DNA from: a virus
Lineage: Duplodnaviria > Caudoviricetes
DNA length: 52,665 nucleotides
IMG/VR virus record: IMGVR_UViG_3300032285_003819
Coordinates: 1-52,665 of that record
Strand: one strand, 5' to 3'
A program made the position numbers and the translations under genes. Under the pieces are notes generated by a model, which saw only the letters and a list, made by a program, of their open reading frames with translations, was not told the DNA's origin and searched no databases. This document shows positions 28,569 through 36,958 of this stretch, piece by piece (position 1 is the stretch's first letter; each line of letters opens with the position of its first letter).

Positions 28569-29816
28569 ATGGCAAGAAATCGTGTAATTTACCAAAGTCA
28601 AGCGCTTTTTATCGCTCCTAGCTCAACTGGATGCCAAGTTTCCGGTCAAGGAAAAACTTCAGCACCTTTTGGACCAACTACTGCTACTGAATTACTAGCT
28701 GGAGGAAGTCTACTCAAGAAGCTAGATCGCGTTCAAAATTGTAATTTCAACTTTACAATTAACCGTCAAGATATCAACGAGTTCGGTAAACTAGCTCGTC
28801 TTGATTCTATCGTTATGGAATCCCCAACAGTTGGTTTGGATTTCAGTTATTATGTTACTGATGGTCTAAATGAAAGACTATTGGGATTCAACATGTATAA
28901 TACAACTGATACAGCTAACACCAACCCATTGGGCCAATCTATTTCTGGTCTTCTAGCAGATGTACAAGGTAACAATTTTTATATTCTTACTGTACAAGAA
29001 GGCGAAGACGTAGTTGGAACAACCAGTTCAACACTTCCAGCTAATACCAATACTGTAGTTGGAATCGGCAATGGATTTATTAGCGAATACGGTTTCGATG
29101 CTACAGTTGGAGCTATTCCAAAAGCCAATGTAACAATTGAAGCTTTCAATATTAAAGCTGACGCGCTTACTGGAGATACAAATGGAGTAATCACTGGTTA
29201 TTCTCCTGCTATCGATATCACACAAAGCCCCGCCATCAAGTTAACTTCATCTGGAGCAGCTTATGGTTTATCTGGAGCTTTTACAACTGGAGTTTCAAAT
29301 GTAACAGCTTTAAGACCTGGCGATATCTTATTGACTCTACCAAGCACTACTGATGGTATGATTGATGTAAATGGTTCTGGTAAAGCTCATATTCAATCAT
29401 TCAAGTTTACAATTCCATTAACTAGAACAATTCTACAACGTCTTGGAAACACCTTCGGTTTCGCAAGAGTTATTAATGTTCCAATTAATATGAATGTAAC
29501 AGTAAGCGCTATTGTTTCTGAATTGAAGACAATGAATCTTTTTGATAAGTTGACTTCAGCTACTAAAAATAACTTTACTATCCAATTAAATGATTCTAAT
29601 GGAAGTGGTAAAGTTAAATACGGTATCTCTGGAGCGCTTTTGACATCAGAAACATATTCTGAAAATCTTGGTGATAATCAAACAGTTGATCTAACATTCG
29701 GAATTCAACTCGGTGGCGCAAACGATACAGCAAATGGCGTATTCATGTCAGGCTCATATCCTGCTGACAATATTGTTACCGACTTCTTCAAGCTCGGTAC
29801 TGGCAAACTAGGTTAA
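28569..29816 (+). CDS. Major tail tube protein with two tandem tube domains
   Basis: MARNRVIYQS start; DRVQNCNFNFTINRQDINEFG and a second half HIQSFKFTIPLTRTILQRLG; G/T/S-rich; high-expression codon style; followed by a strong terminator. Confidence 0.8.
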   Translation: MARNRVIYQSQALFIAPSSTGCQVSGQGKTSAPFGPTTATELLAGGSLLKKLDRVQNCNFNFTINRQDINEFGKLARLDSIVMESPTVGLDFSYYVTDGLNERLLGFNMYNTTDTANTNPLGQSISGLLADVQGNNFYILTVQEGEDVVGTTSSTLPANTNTVVGIGNGFISEYGFDATVGAIPKANVTIEAFNIKADALTGDTNGVITGYSPAIDITQSPAIKLTSSGAAYGLSGAFTTGVSNVTALRPGDILLTLPSTTDGMIDVNGSGKAHIQSFKFTIPLTRTILQRLGNTFGFARVINVPINMNVTVSAIVSELKTMNLFDKLTSATKNNFTIQLNDSNGSGKVKYGISGALLTSETYSENLGDNQTVDLTFGIQLGGANDTANGVFMSGSYPADNIVTDFFKLGTGKLG

Positions 29817-29825
29817 TAAACCTCC

Positions 29826-29866
29826 AAAAATAAAACCCCAGTCGAAAGACTGGGGTTTTTTATTTT
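29826..29866. terminator. Bidirectional rho-independent terminator
   Basis: aaaaccccagtc-GAAA-gactggggtttt (29832-29859) with A and T runs on both sides, between convergent genes. Confidence 0.92.
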
Positions 29867-29876
29867 ACTCTAGTTA

Positions 29877-30395
29877 TTAAACTATATAATTTCCATATCC
29901 ATAAGGATAATAATACCAACCAGAACCTGTAAAAATTGGAGATCCATCTTCACCAGCGACCTGTTTTGGACCAGCCATATAAATATTATAAGCGGCAACC
30001 AACTTCTCCATTTCGGCTTTAGCGTCATTAGCTAAACTACGATAAGTTTTAGCGATTTCATTTTTATTTGTGCGAGTAATCATTGAATCGCCTTCTCTCA
30101 AAGTTATGAAATCAACGCTAGAATCTATTCCACGCAATACTTGACGAGTCTTTTTTGTATAAAACTCATACAAATACATTTGTTTATATATCGCTCTTTC
30201 TTCCTGCTTGAATTCGCCAGTAGGATAAACATAACCATATGAAACGCGATAATTTGTAAAAATCTTAGTATTAAGTAAGCCAATATTATTTTCTATCCAT
30301 CCTGAGATGTAATAAAATTGTGCATAACCGCTATCATAATCAAATTCATTAGCAAAGATTTCATCAGCTATATCATGAACGCTATATTCTACCAT
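29877..30395 (-). CDS. Putative head-tail adaptor (connector) protein
   Basis: Helical, 172 aa, downstream of the MCP; LREGDSMITRTNK resembles the adaptor beta-hairpin. Confidence 0.5.
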   Translation of the reverse strand: MVEYSVHDIADEIFANEFDYDSGYAQFYYISGWIENNIGLLNTKIFTNYRVSYGYVYPTGEFKQEERAIYKQMYLYEFYTKKTRQVLRGIDSSVDFITLREGDSMITRTNKNEIAKTYRSLANDAKAEMEKLVAAYNIYMAGPKQVAGEDGSPIFTGSGWYYYPYGYGNYIV

Positions 30396-30404
30396 ATATT
30401 ATAC

Positions 30405-30431
30405 TTACACTTTTTTATTGATTTTATGAAT
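30405..30431 (-). promoter_or_regulatory. Bipartite late promoter ATTCATAAAA-N11-GTGTAA
   Basis: 9 nt before ATG 30395. Confidence 0.65.
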
Positions 30432-30454
30432 TAATAAACAATGAATTGATTATT

Positions 30455-30784
30455 TTATAATTGCGTTACATCTTGTTGCACATTCAGTCTGAATTCAAAC
30501 AAAGTTCTATCTAAAATGCCTGTAGAGTAAAAATGTAAATCACCATATAAATTAATTGGAGGAAAATTTCTTGTTACACTTGATGGAATACTAAATTGAA
30601 CTACTCCAGTTCCATTCAATCCTGAAATAACTGTTGGCACAAAAGTATATAACAAATATCCATCTGGATGCGGACGAATTTGTCCAGTGCAAGTTATATT
30701 AGTAAAATCTAAAGTTTCAGAAGTTACAGTTACTGTTTCTGTTGGAAAAGTATCACCTCTTATAACTGATAACTGAGTTGCCAT
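30455..30784 (-). CDS. Small Ig-like/BppU-N-like virion protein
   Basis: LSVIRGDTF...DFTNITCTGQIR...GVVQFSIP...YGDL pattern common in phage structural proteins. Confidence 0.55.
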   Translation of the reverse strand: MATQLSVIRGDTFPTETVTVTSETLDFTNITCTGQIRPHPDGYLLYTFVPTVISGLNGTGVVQFSIPSSVTRNFPPINLYGDLHFYSTGILDRTLFEFRLNVQQDVTQL

Positions 30785-30794
30785 TTGTTATCTA

Positions 30795-30800
30795 TTACAC
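30795..30800 (-). promoter_or_regulatory. GTGTAA late-promoter-like box
   Basis: 10 nt before ATG 30784, just downstream of a terminator. Confidence 0.65.
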
Positions 30801-30821
30801 TTTATATCAAAAACAGAGACA

Positions 30822-30850
30822 TTAAAAAACCCACATTTTATTGTGGGTTT
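30822..30850 (-). terminator. Rho-independent terminator
   Basis: Minus strand AAACCCACA-ATAAAA-TGTGGGTTT then TTTAA, just after the stop at 30857. Confidence 0.8.
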
Positions 30851-30856
30851 GTCGTT

Positions 30857-31279
30857 TTAAAGCTCTCCTAATATCTTCAAAGTTTTTTGATGCTTTGGAT
30901 TATTTGGGTCTAAAATTACTGCTGGATTTTGAACTAGCATAGAAATAGTACCCTTGTTAGTAGACTTAAACTCGCGCAACAACTTGTCACGAATATCTTG
31001 TCTTGAACCACTAGCAAAAATACCAATCTTTTCGCACATATGCTGCAAATCAATTAGCGTCATTTCCTTAAGCTTCTCCCTGAACACTTCAAGATTAGAA
31101 GTGCCAAATGGATTGCTCTTTTTAATTCCTAGAATTTCTTCTAGCTTTTTTACCTTTTCAATATCTGGATCAACATTAGTTACCTTTCCATCCGCCAAAG
31201 TTAGATTGTCTAGCTCTGACTTCTTTGGTTGTTCTGGAGCTTGCTTTTTTGAAGTATTCTTTTGCGACTTTTTAGCCAT
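30857..31279 (-). CDS. Hypothetical protein with a SAP/HeH-like motif
   Basis: LKEMTLIDLQHMCEKIGIFASGSRQDIRDKL fits the helix-extension-helix pattern; Lys-rich N-terminus. Confidence 0.55.
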   Translation of the reverse strand: MAKKSQKNTSKKQAPEQPKKSELDNLTLADGKVTNVDPDIEKVKKLEEILGIKKSNPFGTSNLEVFREKLKEMTLIDLQHMCEKIGIFASGSRQDIRDKLLREFKSTNKGTISMLVQNPAVILDPNNPKHQKTLKILGEL

Positions 31280-31311
31280 ATACTATATTAGATAAAATTA
31301 ATAATATTCAA

Positions 31312-31343
31312 TAAAAAAGGCGTTACCCTTTCGGATAACGCCT
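31312..31343 (-). terminator. Rho-independent terminator after the MCP
   Basis: Minus strand AGGCGTTATCC-GAAA-GGGTAACGCCT followed by TTTTTA. Confidence 0.9.
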
Positions 31344-31366
31344 AATTTATGACGAACTATTTTATA

Positions 31367-32542
31367 TTAGACAATCAAGCCAACTAGAGCGCGGTTGTCG
31401 AGAACCATGCGGCCCTCTTCAACTGAACCATAGTAACCGATCTTACCTTGACGGAGAGTATACTGATCATCGGCAGTGAGTGTGAACTCAGAACCAGAAT
31501 CAGCATCAACAGCGACAGCGCGAACGAGAGCATCGCGTGATCTGTCGAGACCAACTACGATCTGTTCAGTAGCTTGGAATGCTTGAGGATTACCACTGTT
31601 AGCATTAATAGCGTAGTTATCAGCATAAGCAGTAGAACCAGCGACAGTATCGAAGATTGTGGTGAACTTCTTGCCGACACCAAATTCGAGAATTTCCATG
31701 ATAGAAACTCCGAAGAATTCAGTTAGACCAGCTTGGCTGAATACTTGATTACGAATCTCATCGGTAGCGGCAAGAGGAGCGGTTGTTGCTGTATTGTTAG
31801 ATCCAGCAGCAGCAGCTAGAGAACCCTTTGTGTTTACTGGGTTATAAGCCATACCGCGAATTTCTTCGACGATTTCTGGAGAAACGATAAGATCAGTTAG
31901 ACCTCTACGAGCGCCAGAAGGAGTACCACCAACGAATGAAGCGTTGATACGCTTAATCTTGGTGAACAACTTGTTCAAGTCGTTTAGAGTGAAACGGCCA
32001 GCAGCGGCTGAACGGAAAGCATGGTAATTATCAGAAGCAGTGCTGGAATTACCAGTTGAAGCGTTAGCTAGAGCAGTCATCAAGAGGTTAGCAGAAGTTC
32101 TTTCTTGCTTGAGCATGACTTCTTGAGCAATACGGGTGAAAGACTTGCTAACTACGTCTAGACGGCTCTTGGCAGCATACTTCTTGTCGAAAGCGATTGC
32201 GCTATCAAGACGATAGGTGGCAATCTTCAATTCGGAAGAAAGAGGCTGAACGATGTTCTGAGGTAGACCACCAGCAACTGATTGGCTGTATACCTTGATA
32301 TAGTCCTCATCGAAGATGTCATAATAGAGATCTAGAGGAATTGAGGGATTATCTTCAGAATTGAACTGAAGGCTTGTGAACAAGTTAGAGATAGTTGGAG
32401 CATTATTAATAACTTCGGCCAAAACTGGACCAATGAATTCAGCCAAAGCTACTTGAGCTTCGTAGGCTACTTCACGGTTTCTAGAAGCCAATGCTTTGAT
32501 TAGCTCTACTTGTTCATCTGTTCTCTTTAAAACGATTTTCAT
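31367..32542 (-). CDS. Major capsid protein (HK97 fold inferred)
   Basis: 391 aa; follows protease-scaffold and decoration genes; biased codons (GCT, TTC, AAC); own terminator; C-terminal KIGYYGSVEEGRMVLDNRALVGL. Confidence 0.85.
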   Translation of the reverse strand: MKIVLKRTDEQVELIKALASRNREVAYEAQVALAEFIGPVLAEVINNAPTISNLFTSLQFNSEDNPSIPLDLYYDIFDEDYIKVYSQSVAGGLPQNIVQPLSSELKIATYRLDSAIAFDKKYAAKSRLDVVSKSFTRIAQEVMLKQERTSANLLMTALANASTGNSSTASDNYHAFRSAAAGRFTLNDLNKLFTKIKRINASFVGGTPSGARRGLTDLIVSPEIVEEIRGMAYNPVNTKGSLAAAAGSNNTATTAPLAATDEIRNQVFSQAGLTEFFGVSIMEILEFGVGKKFTTIFDTVAGSTAYADNYAINANSGNPQAFQATEQIVVGLDRSRDALVRAVAVDADSGSEFTLTADDQYTLRQGKIGYYGSVEEGRMVLDNRALVGLIV

Positions 32543-32560
32543 GTTCTTAAATATTTAAAA

Positions 32561-33235
32561 TTAGATGGTGTAAGATGATGTACAATCAATTTGAACTAGA
32601 GCGAACTTAGCTCCAGCAGTACCAGTACCAGCGAAATAATCGCTCTTACCGTTTTGACTAATTCTTGTACCAGTAGCTAGTACACGACCGATGATGCTGT
32701 ATTGACCAGTGAGTGGTGAAATAGCGCTTGCAGCATAACCAGTAGCCTTACCAGCGTTAGCAGAAATAGCCAAGTGAGAATTTGGAGCCATGTTGGCATC
32801 AACCCAGTCAATAGCTGTATCAGCTAGTGTGAAGATACCACGGGTAGCTACAGGAACAGCTTGTCCAGAAAGAACAGCTTGTAGTTCGGCTCTCTTGATT
32901 GGATTATAGAGCAACTTCTCACCATTTTCATCAGTGAGTAGTGTTTGGTTGAGGGTCAAACCTAGAACTGGAACACCAGCGGTAGCCGCAGTGAAAGTTA
33001 GAGGAACGGAAGGATACTGAGCAGCACCAAGGAATGGATAGTCAGTATTTCCGAGATAAGAATTAGCAGCATAAGTAATAGGATCAAGATCCATATTACC
33101 GGCTGAAACCTTAACGAATACACCAGCTGAACCGTTACCATTTGTAGATGGTACAGAGTCAGCAGTGTCGCTTGCGAATAGATTTACAACATCAAATTCG
33201 CTATATTGTCTGAATGGATATAAACGTAGTGACAT
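32561..33235 (-). CDS. Capsid decoration/cement protein
   Basis: Lies between scaffold and MCP; Ala/Gly-rich beta-tulip-like pattern (VLGLTL...GQAVPVATRG...IGRVL); same codon bias as the MCP. Confidence 0.65.
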   Translation of the reverse strand: MSLRLYPFRQYSEFDVVNLFASDTADSVPSTNGNGSAGVFVKVSAGNMDLDPITYAANSYLGNTDYPFLGAAQYPSVPLTFTAATAGVPVLGLTLNQTLLTDENGEKLLYNPIKRAELQAVLSGQAVPVATRGIFTLADTAIDWVDANMAPNSHLAISANAGKATGYAASAISPLTGQYSIIGRVLATGTRISQNGKSDYFAGTGTAGAKFALVQIDCTSSYTI

Positions 33236-33240
33236 ATATT

Positions 33241-33969
33241 TTAAAATTTAACTGTGATATTTTCTTTACTGAAAGCTTTTTGAAGTCTTTCCTTCCAAGA
33301 AACTTGGCTTTCTGTTGGAGAAATAGTTTCATTAGGTACTGCTGGCTCTTCGCGTTTGGCATTTGCCAAAGCTGTTTCAACCTCAACAACCTTTTCAACT
33401 ACTTCCTTGCTAGTATTAGCTTGAGCTTGGTGTTGAACCTTACCCATTCTCTTTACTAGTTCAGCTTCTAACTTTTCTTGGAAAGCTTTTTCTTGTTCTG
33501 TCTTGAAAGACTTGCTCTTGTGTCTATAGACAACTGCAAGCTTTTCTTTATATGAAGCGAAAGCTTCATCAGTGGTATCTAGAGCGGAAATTTCCTTAGC
33601 TAGATATTGACGATCAATGTCGTCGAAATCGTATTCAGAATCTAGAAGGCTCATTCTAGAACTATAAATTTCTTGAGCGGCCTTAGCAGACATTGTGCTT
33701 TCCAACTCATTCAACTTAGCTACAGTTTCGGAAAGTTTTTTGTTATTCTCTTCTAGATCTTTCTTTAGTTTTTCAGCTTGTGAAATGGCTTCAGCTTTTT
33801 CTGTTTCAGCTTTTTCCATGTCTTGCTTGATTTCTTCGTTCTTGAGTTTAATGTTTTCAGCGATTTTAGCTGAAATAGAAGCTACAGCTTCTTCAGTAAA
33901 CTTGTTTGAGTCTTGCTTTTCAGCGGCAAGAACCGCTTTTAGTGCAGATATAATTTGTTCTAAATCCAT
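33241..33969 (-). CDS. Probable nested scaffolding protein from an internal start (MDLEQIISALK, 242 aa)
   Basis: In-frame ATG (codon 291) where the coiled coil begins, preceded by an A-rich leader and a full bipartite promoter-like motif at 33989-34016. Confidence 0.65.
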   Translation of the reverse strand: MDLEQIISALKAVLAAEKQDSNKFTEEAVASISAKIAENIKLKNEEIKQDMEKAETEKAEAISQAEKLKKDLEENNKKLSETVAKLNELESTMSAKAAQEIYSSRMSLLDSEYDFDDIDRQYLAKEISALDTTDEAFASYKEKLAVVYRHKSKSFKTEQEKAFQEKLEAELVKRMGKVQHQAQANTSKEVVEKVVEVETALANAKREEPAVPNETISPTESQVSWKERLQKAFSKENITVKF

Positions 33970-34839
33970 AATTTTAGTTTTGGTATTATTTACAGTGTTA
34001 ATTTGTTCTTGTGAAAATATTTTGTTATTTAAGTCTAGTAAATCTAGTGAATTTACTTCGATGCATTCATTTTGTTCAGCTTCTGTATCTTGCTTAATTG
34101 ATTCTGACTCACCATCATCAACCACAACTCCTTGAACATCTGCGGCTGGATTACTAGTAAAACCAATGCCTAAAGGATATATTCTTCCAGTAACTAATCT
34201 ATAAACTGGAGTTCCATCATTCATAGTACCAGGACCATCAAATCCTTTTAAATATTTTTTGAATTCGCTTATTTGCTCCTTTTTTGTAATGATTTCCGCT
34301 TTCTTCAAATCCAAACTTCCAACTGCAATATAATATTCATTGAAACCAATTTCCCAACTTGCGCTTATTCTTTCAAATAAATTAGAATCTGGATTGTTTG
34401 ATTCCATGAGAGCATCTGCAAATTCACGATCAACTGTTTTATAAACAACAGCGGCTAGGGCAATATTAAATGGATCTAAACTTCCCTTAACATCTTCATC
34501 TGACAAAATTCTATTATCACCATAAGAAGAAAAAGCGGAATTAACAATGTGACCAACTACTCTTTGCTTTTTATGCTCAATATTTGTTGGCTTATGAATA
34601 AAATATTTCTTAAAAGCAATTGCGGTATTCGTATCGATACCATCACCATTTTTATTAAAACGATTTACAACAGCAGCGTTAAATGCTGCACCAACTAAAT
34701 CAACATTCTTATCCAAATTTACGGTTGATGGAATTAAAGACTTTAGAGGTTCTAGTGAAGCTTGAGATAGCAAAATGTTTCTATCAAAATTGACAGAAGC
34801 AGTAACGATATTCTCAAATGATGTTTTGTAAAGGAACAT
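33241..34839 (-). CDS. Prohead protease fused to a C-terminal scaffold
   Basis: NKNGDG, PTNIEH...VVGHI, SASWE, GIGFTSNPAA are herpes/HK97-like protease motifs; C-terminal K/E coiled coil; follows the portal. Confidence 0.85.
   Translation of the reverse strand: MFLYKTSFENIVTASVNFDRNILLSQASLEPLKSLIPSTVNLDKNVDLVGAAFNAAVVNRFNKNGDGIDTNTAIAFKKYFIHKPTNIEHKKQRVVGHIVNSAFSSYGDNRILSDEDVKGSLDPFNIALAAVVYKTVDREFADALMESNNPDSNLFERISASWEIGFNEYYIAVGSLDLKKAEIITKKEQISEFKKYLKGFDGPGTMNDGTPVYRLVTGRIYPLGIGFTSNPAADVQGVVVDDGESESIKQDTEAEQNECIEVNSLDLLDLNNKIFSQEQINTVNNTKTKIMDLEQIISALKAVLAAEKQDSNKFTEEAVASISAKIAENIKLKNEEIKQDMEKAETEKAEAISQAEKLKKDLEENNKKLSETVAKLNELESTMSAKAAQEIYSSRMSLLDSEYDFDDIDRQYLAKEISALDTTDEAFASYKEKLAVVYRHKSKSFKTEQEKAFQEKLEAELVKRMGKVQHQAQANTSKEVVEKVVEVETALANAKREEPAVPNETISPTESQVSWKERLQKAFSKENITVKF
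33989..34016 (-). promoter_or_regulatory. Bipartite late promoter TTTCACAAGA-N10-ACTGTAAA inside the protease gene
   Basis: Upstream of the internal scaffold ATG at 33969; would drive scaffold-decoration-MCP. Confidence 0.72.
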
Positions 34840-34851
34840 ATTATTAATATT

Positions 34852-34878
34852 TTACACAGAAAGCTTTGTACTGTGATA
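34852..34878 (-). promoter_or_regulatory. Bipartite late promoter TATCACAGTA-N11-GTGTAA
   Basis: 12 nt before ATG 34839; GTG TAA is the end of the portal gene. Confidence 0.65.
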
Positions 34879-36912
34879 TAACAATCCTGCTGCATATGTA
34901 TCCAATTGATGTTCTGAAGCCATTTCTTGAATCTCTGGAAGTATAGAAAGCTTATCAAGAAAAGTTGGATCGTTTACAACAGCTTCAGCTTTTTCTTTCC
35001 ATGAAACACCTTCACATCCAACAATAATAGCCTCTGTAATACCTTCAGCTAATTTTCTTTGATCTGAAGACAAAGTCTTTTTAGAATATTTTTTCTTTAA
35101 AGCTACTTCTACAGCAGCATTCAACACTTTAGTTTGATTTAATACTTTAGCTATAGCATCTTTGGCAAACACGGAAGCCTTAGCTCCCATAGGACGACCT
35201 TTTTCTTTTGGAACATTCTTTTTATTGAATTGATTTGGATTAGTATTTTGCTGAGAAGGTGGTTCACTATTTGAATCACTAGGCACAACTGGAACTCCTC
35301 CAACCATTGGATTATAAAATCCTTTCTTTCTATCTTCTAGGAATTTAGCTTGAGCAGCACCCAACTCTTCTTCAGTAGGATAAATACCACTTTCAATGAC
35401 TTTAAGACCTTGTTCAGGAGGAAGGATGCCCAACTCCATCATTCTTGTGACTACTCTGTTGAATTGAGTTTCATCTTTTATAGAGACTTCTTCGAATTTA
35501 GCTTTAGGACATTTGCCTTTGAATCCTAAATTTTTAAAGATAGCTTCTATCTCTGGTTGCAAAAAGTCATTTATAAATGCATTTCTTGATTCTTTAAGTC
35601 TTTCAAAAAATACTTGCGCTTTTACGGTTGTATTAGCGAACTTTTCAGAACCAATCAATATATTCTGCAACCCTTCTTTGATATCTTCATTAACAATCTT
35701 ATACTTTTCATAACCAAGAACTTTATGCATGTCAGGAATAACAAATTCAGCTTTAGTAGTATAATCAGCAACTAGAACGCGACCAACAGATTGGTTGTTC
35801 AAAAGATTTTGCATTGCTTTGATATTTCTATGGTTAATTCCACCTTTAGCTGGTTCTGTTCCTACAGTAATAAGAAGAATTACATTTTCGATAGTGCGGC
35901 AAATAGCTTGATCAATTTTTTTCATTTCTAACTTGAAGTTAATATCATCAAGCACAGGAAATCCAAACGGAATAGCAAAAGGCTCATAATCTTGCTTTTT
36001 ATAAAAAGAATATACAATATTAGTAGGATCTAATTGTATCTTAAGACCATCACGCGCCCATTGACCATTTTTAATCTTATTTTGAGTTTGTTCATCAAGT
36101 GAATCAAAGATCATTTTATCATGATCATTTTTTGGTGTGCGAAGTCTTTCCAATTCATACTCGGAAAGTATCTTTTGATACAACATTACCTTCCAACTGC
36201 TTGATCTATTAACTGTTAAAAAATAAGGGTTAATTAAAATATACTGAACTGGAATTCTATTCTTAACATCATAAGGAGTTGGATAAGGCAATAAGCTTAC
36301 ATCTGTTGTATATGATTGACCATCATAGTTAGCATATGTTTCTAGAATTTTTTGAAAGTCGTCGATTTCAAATTTAGCGTTTATCTTATAAAAAAATACA
36401 TTTCCACTTCTATAATACTCGCGAAAATATTGATCCTTAACATTCCACATTCTTACAGATTTCATCCATTTTTGGAAAAAATCTCTAGACTTCTGAGTTC
36501 CGCCTTCTAAATAAATTTCTGCATTAGCAAATTCAGACATGATATCAATAGCATTTCTGAAAATAGCAACATTCGCATAAGCTTTCTGACAAAGCTCAAT
36601 AGCATCACGAATATTATATCCATTAATCGAGGTCTCGAAAGGTAAAATACCTTCACGAATATTTGCGTATTTATAAATTTTTGGCCCTACATATGCCAAA
36701 TTTCTTCTTAAAGTCGTTTCGGCGCTACCACCACCACCGTTTCTATCTCCATCTGATGCGCGAGTTTCATGAGTATAAAATGGTTCACCAACAAAATTAG
36801 GTTCAGAATCTTGTTGCGCTTGCATTAAATTTTCCAATGGTTGTGGTCCTTCAGAATTACCTGAAGAAAATTTGTCCCAATATCCTGACTTTTTTGTGTA
36901 TTTGCGACTCAT
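34852..36912 (-). CDS. Portal protein
   Basis: Lies between terL and the protease; AIFRNAIDIMSEF, REYYRSGNVFFY, YKKQDYEPFAIPF, GRVLVADYT. Confidence 0.85.
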   Translation of the reverse strand: MSRKYTKKSGYWDKFSSGNSEGPQPLENLMQAQQDSEPNFVGEPFYTHETRASDGDRNGGGGSAETTLRRNLAYVGPKIYKYANIREGILPFETSINGYNIRDAIELCQKAYANVAIFRNAIDIMSEFANAEIYLEGGTQKSRDFFQKWMKSVRMWNVKDQYFREYYRSGNVFFYKINAKFEIDDFQKILETYANYDGQSYTTDVSLLPYPTPYDVKNRIPVQYILINPYFLTVNRSSSWKVMLYQKILSEYELERLRTPKNDHDKMIFDSLDEQTQNKIKNGQWARDGLKIQLDPTNIVYSFYKKQDYEPFAIPFGFPVLDDINFKLEMKKIDQAICRTIENVILLITVGTEPAKGGINHRNIKAMQNLLNNQSVGRVLVADYTTKAEFVIPDMHKVLGYEKYKIVNEDIKEGLQNILIGSEKFANTTVKAQVFFERLKESRNAFINDFLQPEIEAIFKNLGFKGKCPKAKFEEVSIKDETQFNRVVTRMMELGILPPEQGLKVIESGIYPTEEELGAAQAKFLEDRKKGFYNPMVGGVPVVPSDSNSEPPSQQNTNPNQFNKKNVPKEKGRPMGAKASVFAKDAIAKVLNQTKVLNAAVEVALKKKYSKKTLSSDQRKLAEGITEAIIVGCEGVSWKEKAEAVVNDPTFLDKLSILPEIQEMASEHQLDTYAAGLLYHSTKLSV

Positions 36913-36923
36913 GTTAATAATAG

Positions 36924-36950
36924 TTACACATTGTAACTTTAAAAGTGACT
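36924..36950 (-). promoter_or_regulatory. Bipartite late promoter AGTCACTTTT-N11-GTGTAA
   Basis: 11 nt before the portal ATG at 36912. Confidence 0.65.
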
Positions 36951-36958
36951 TTTTAACT

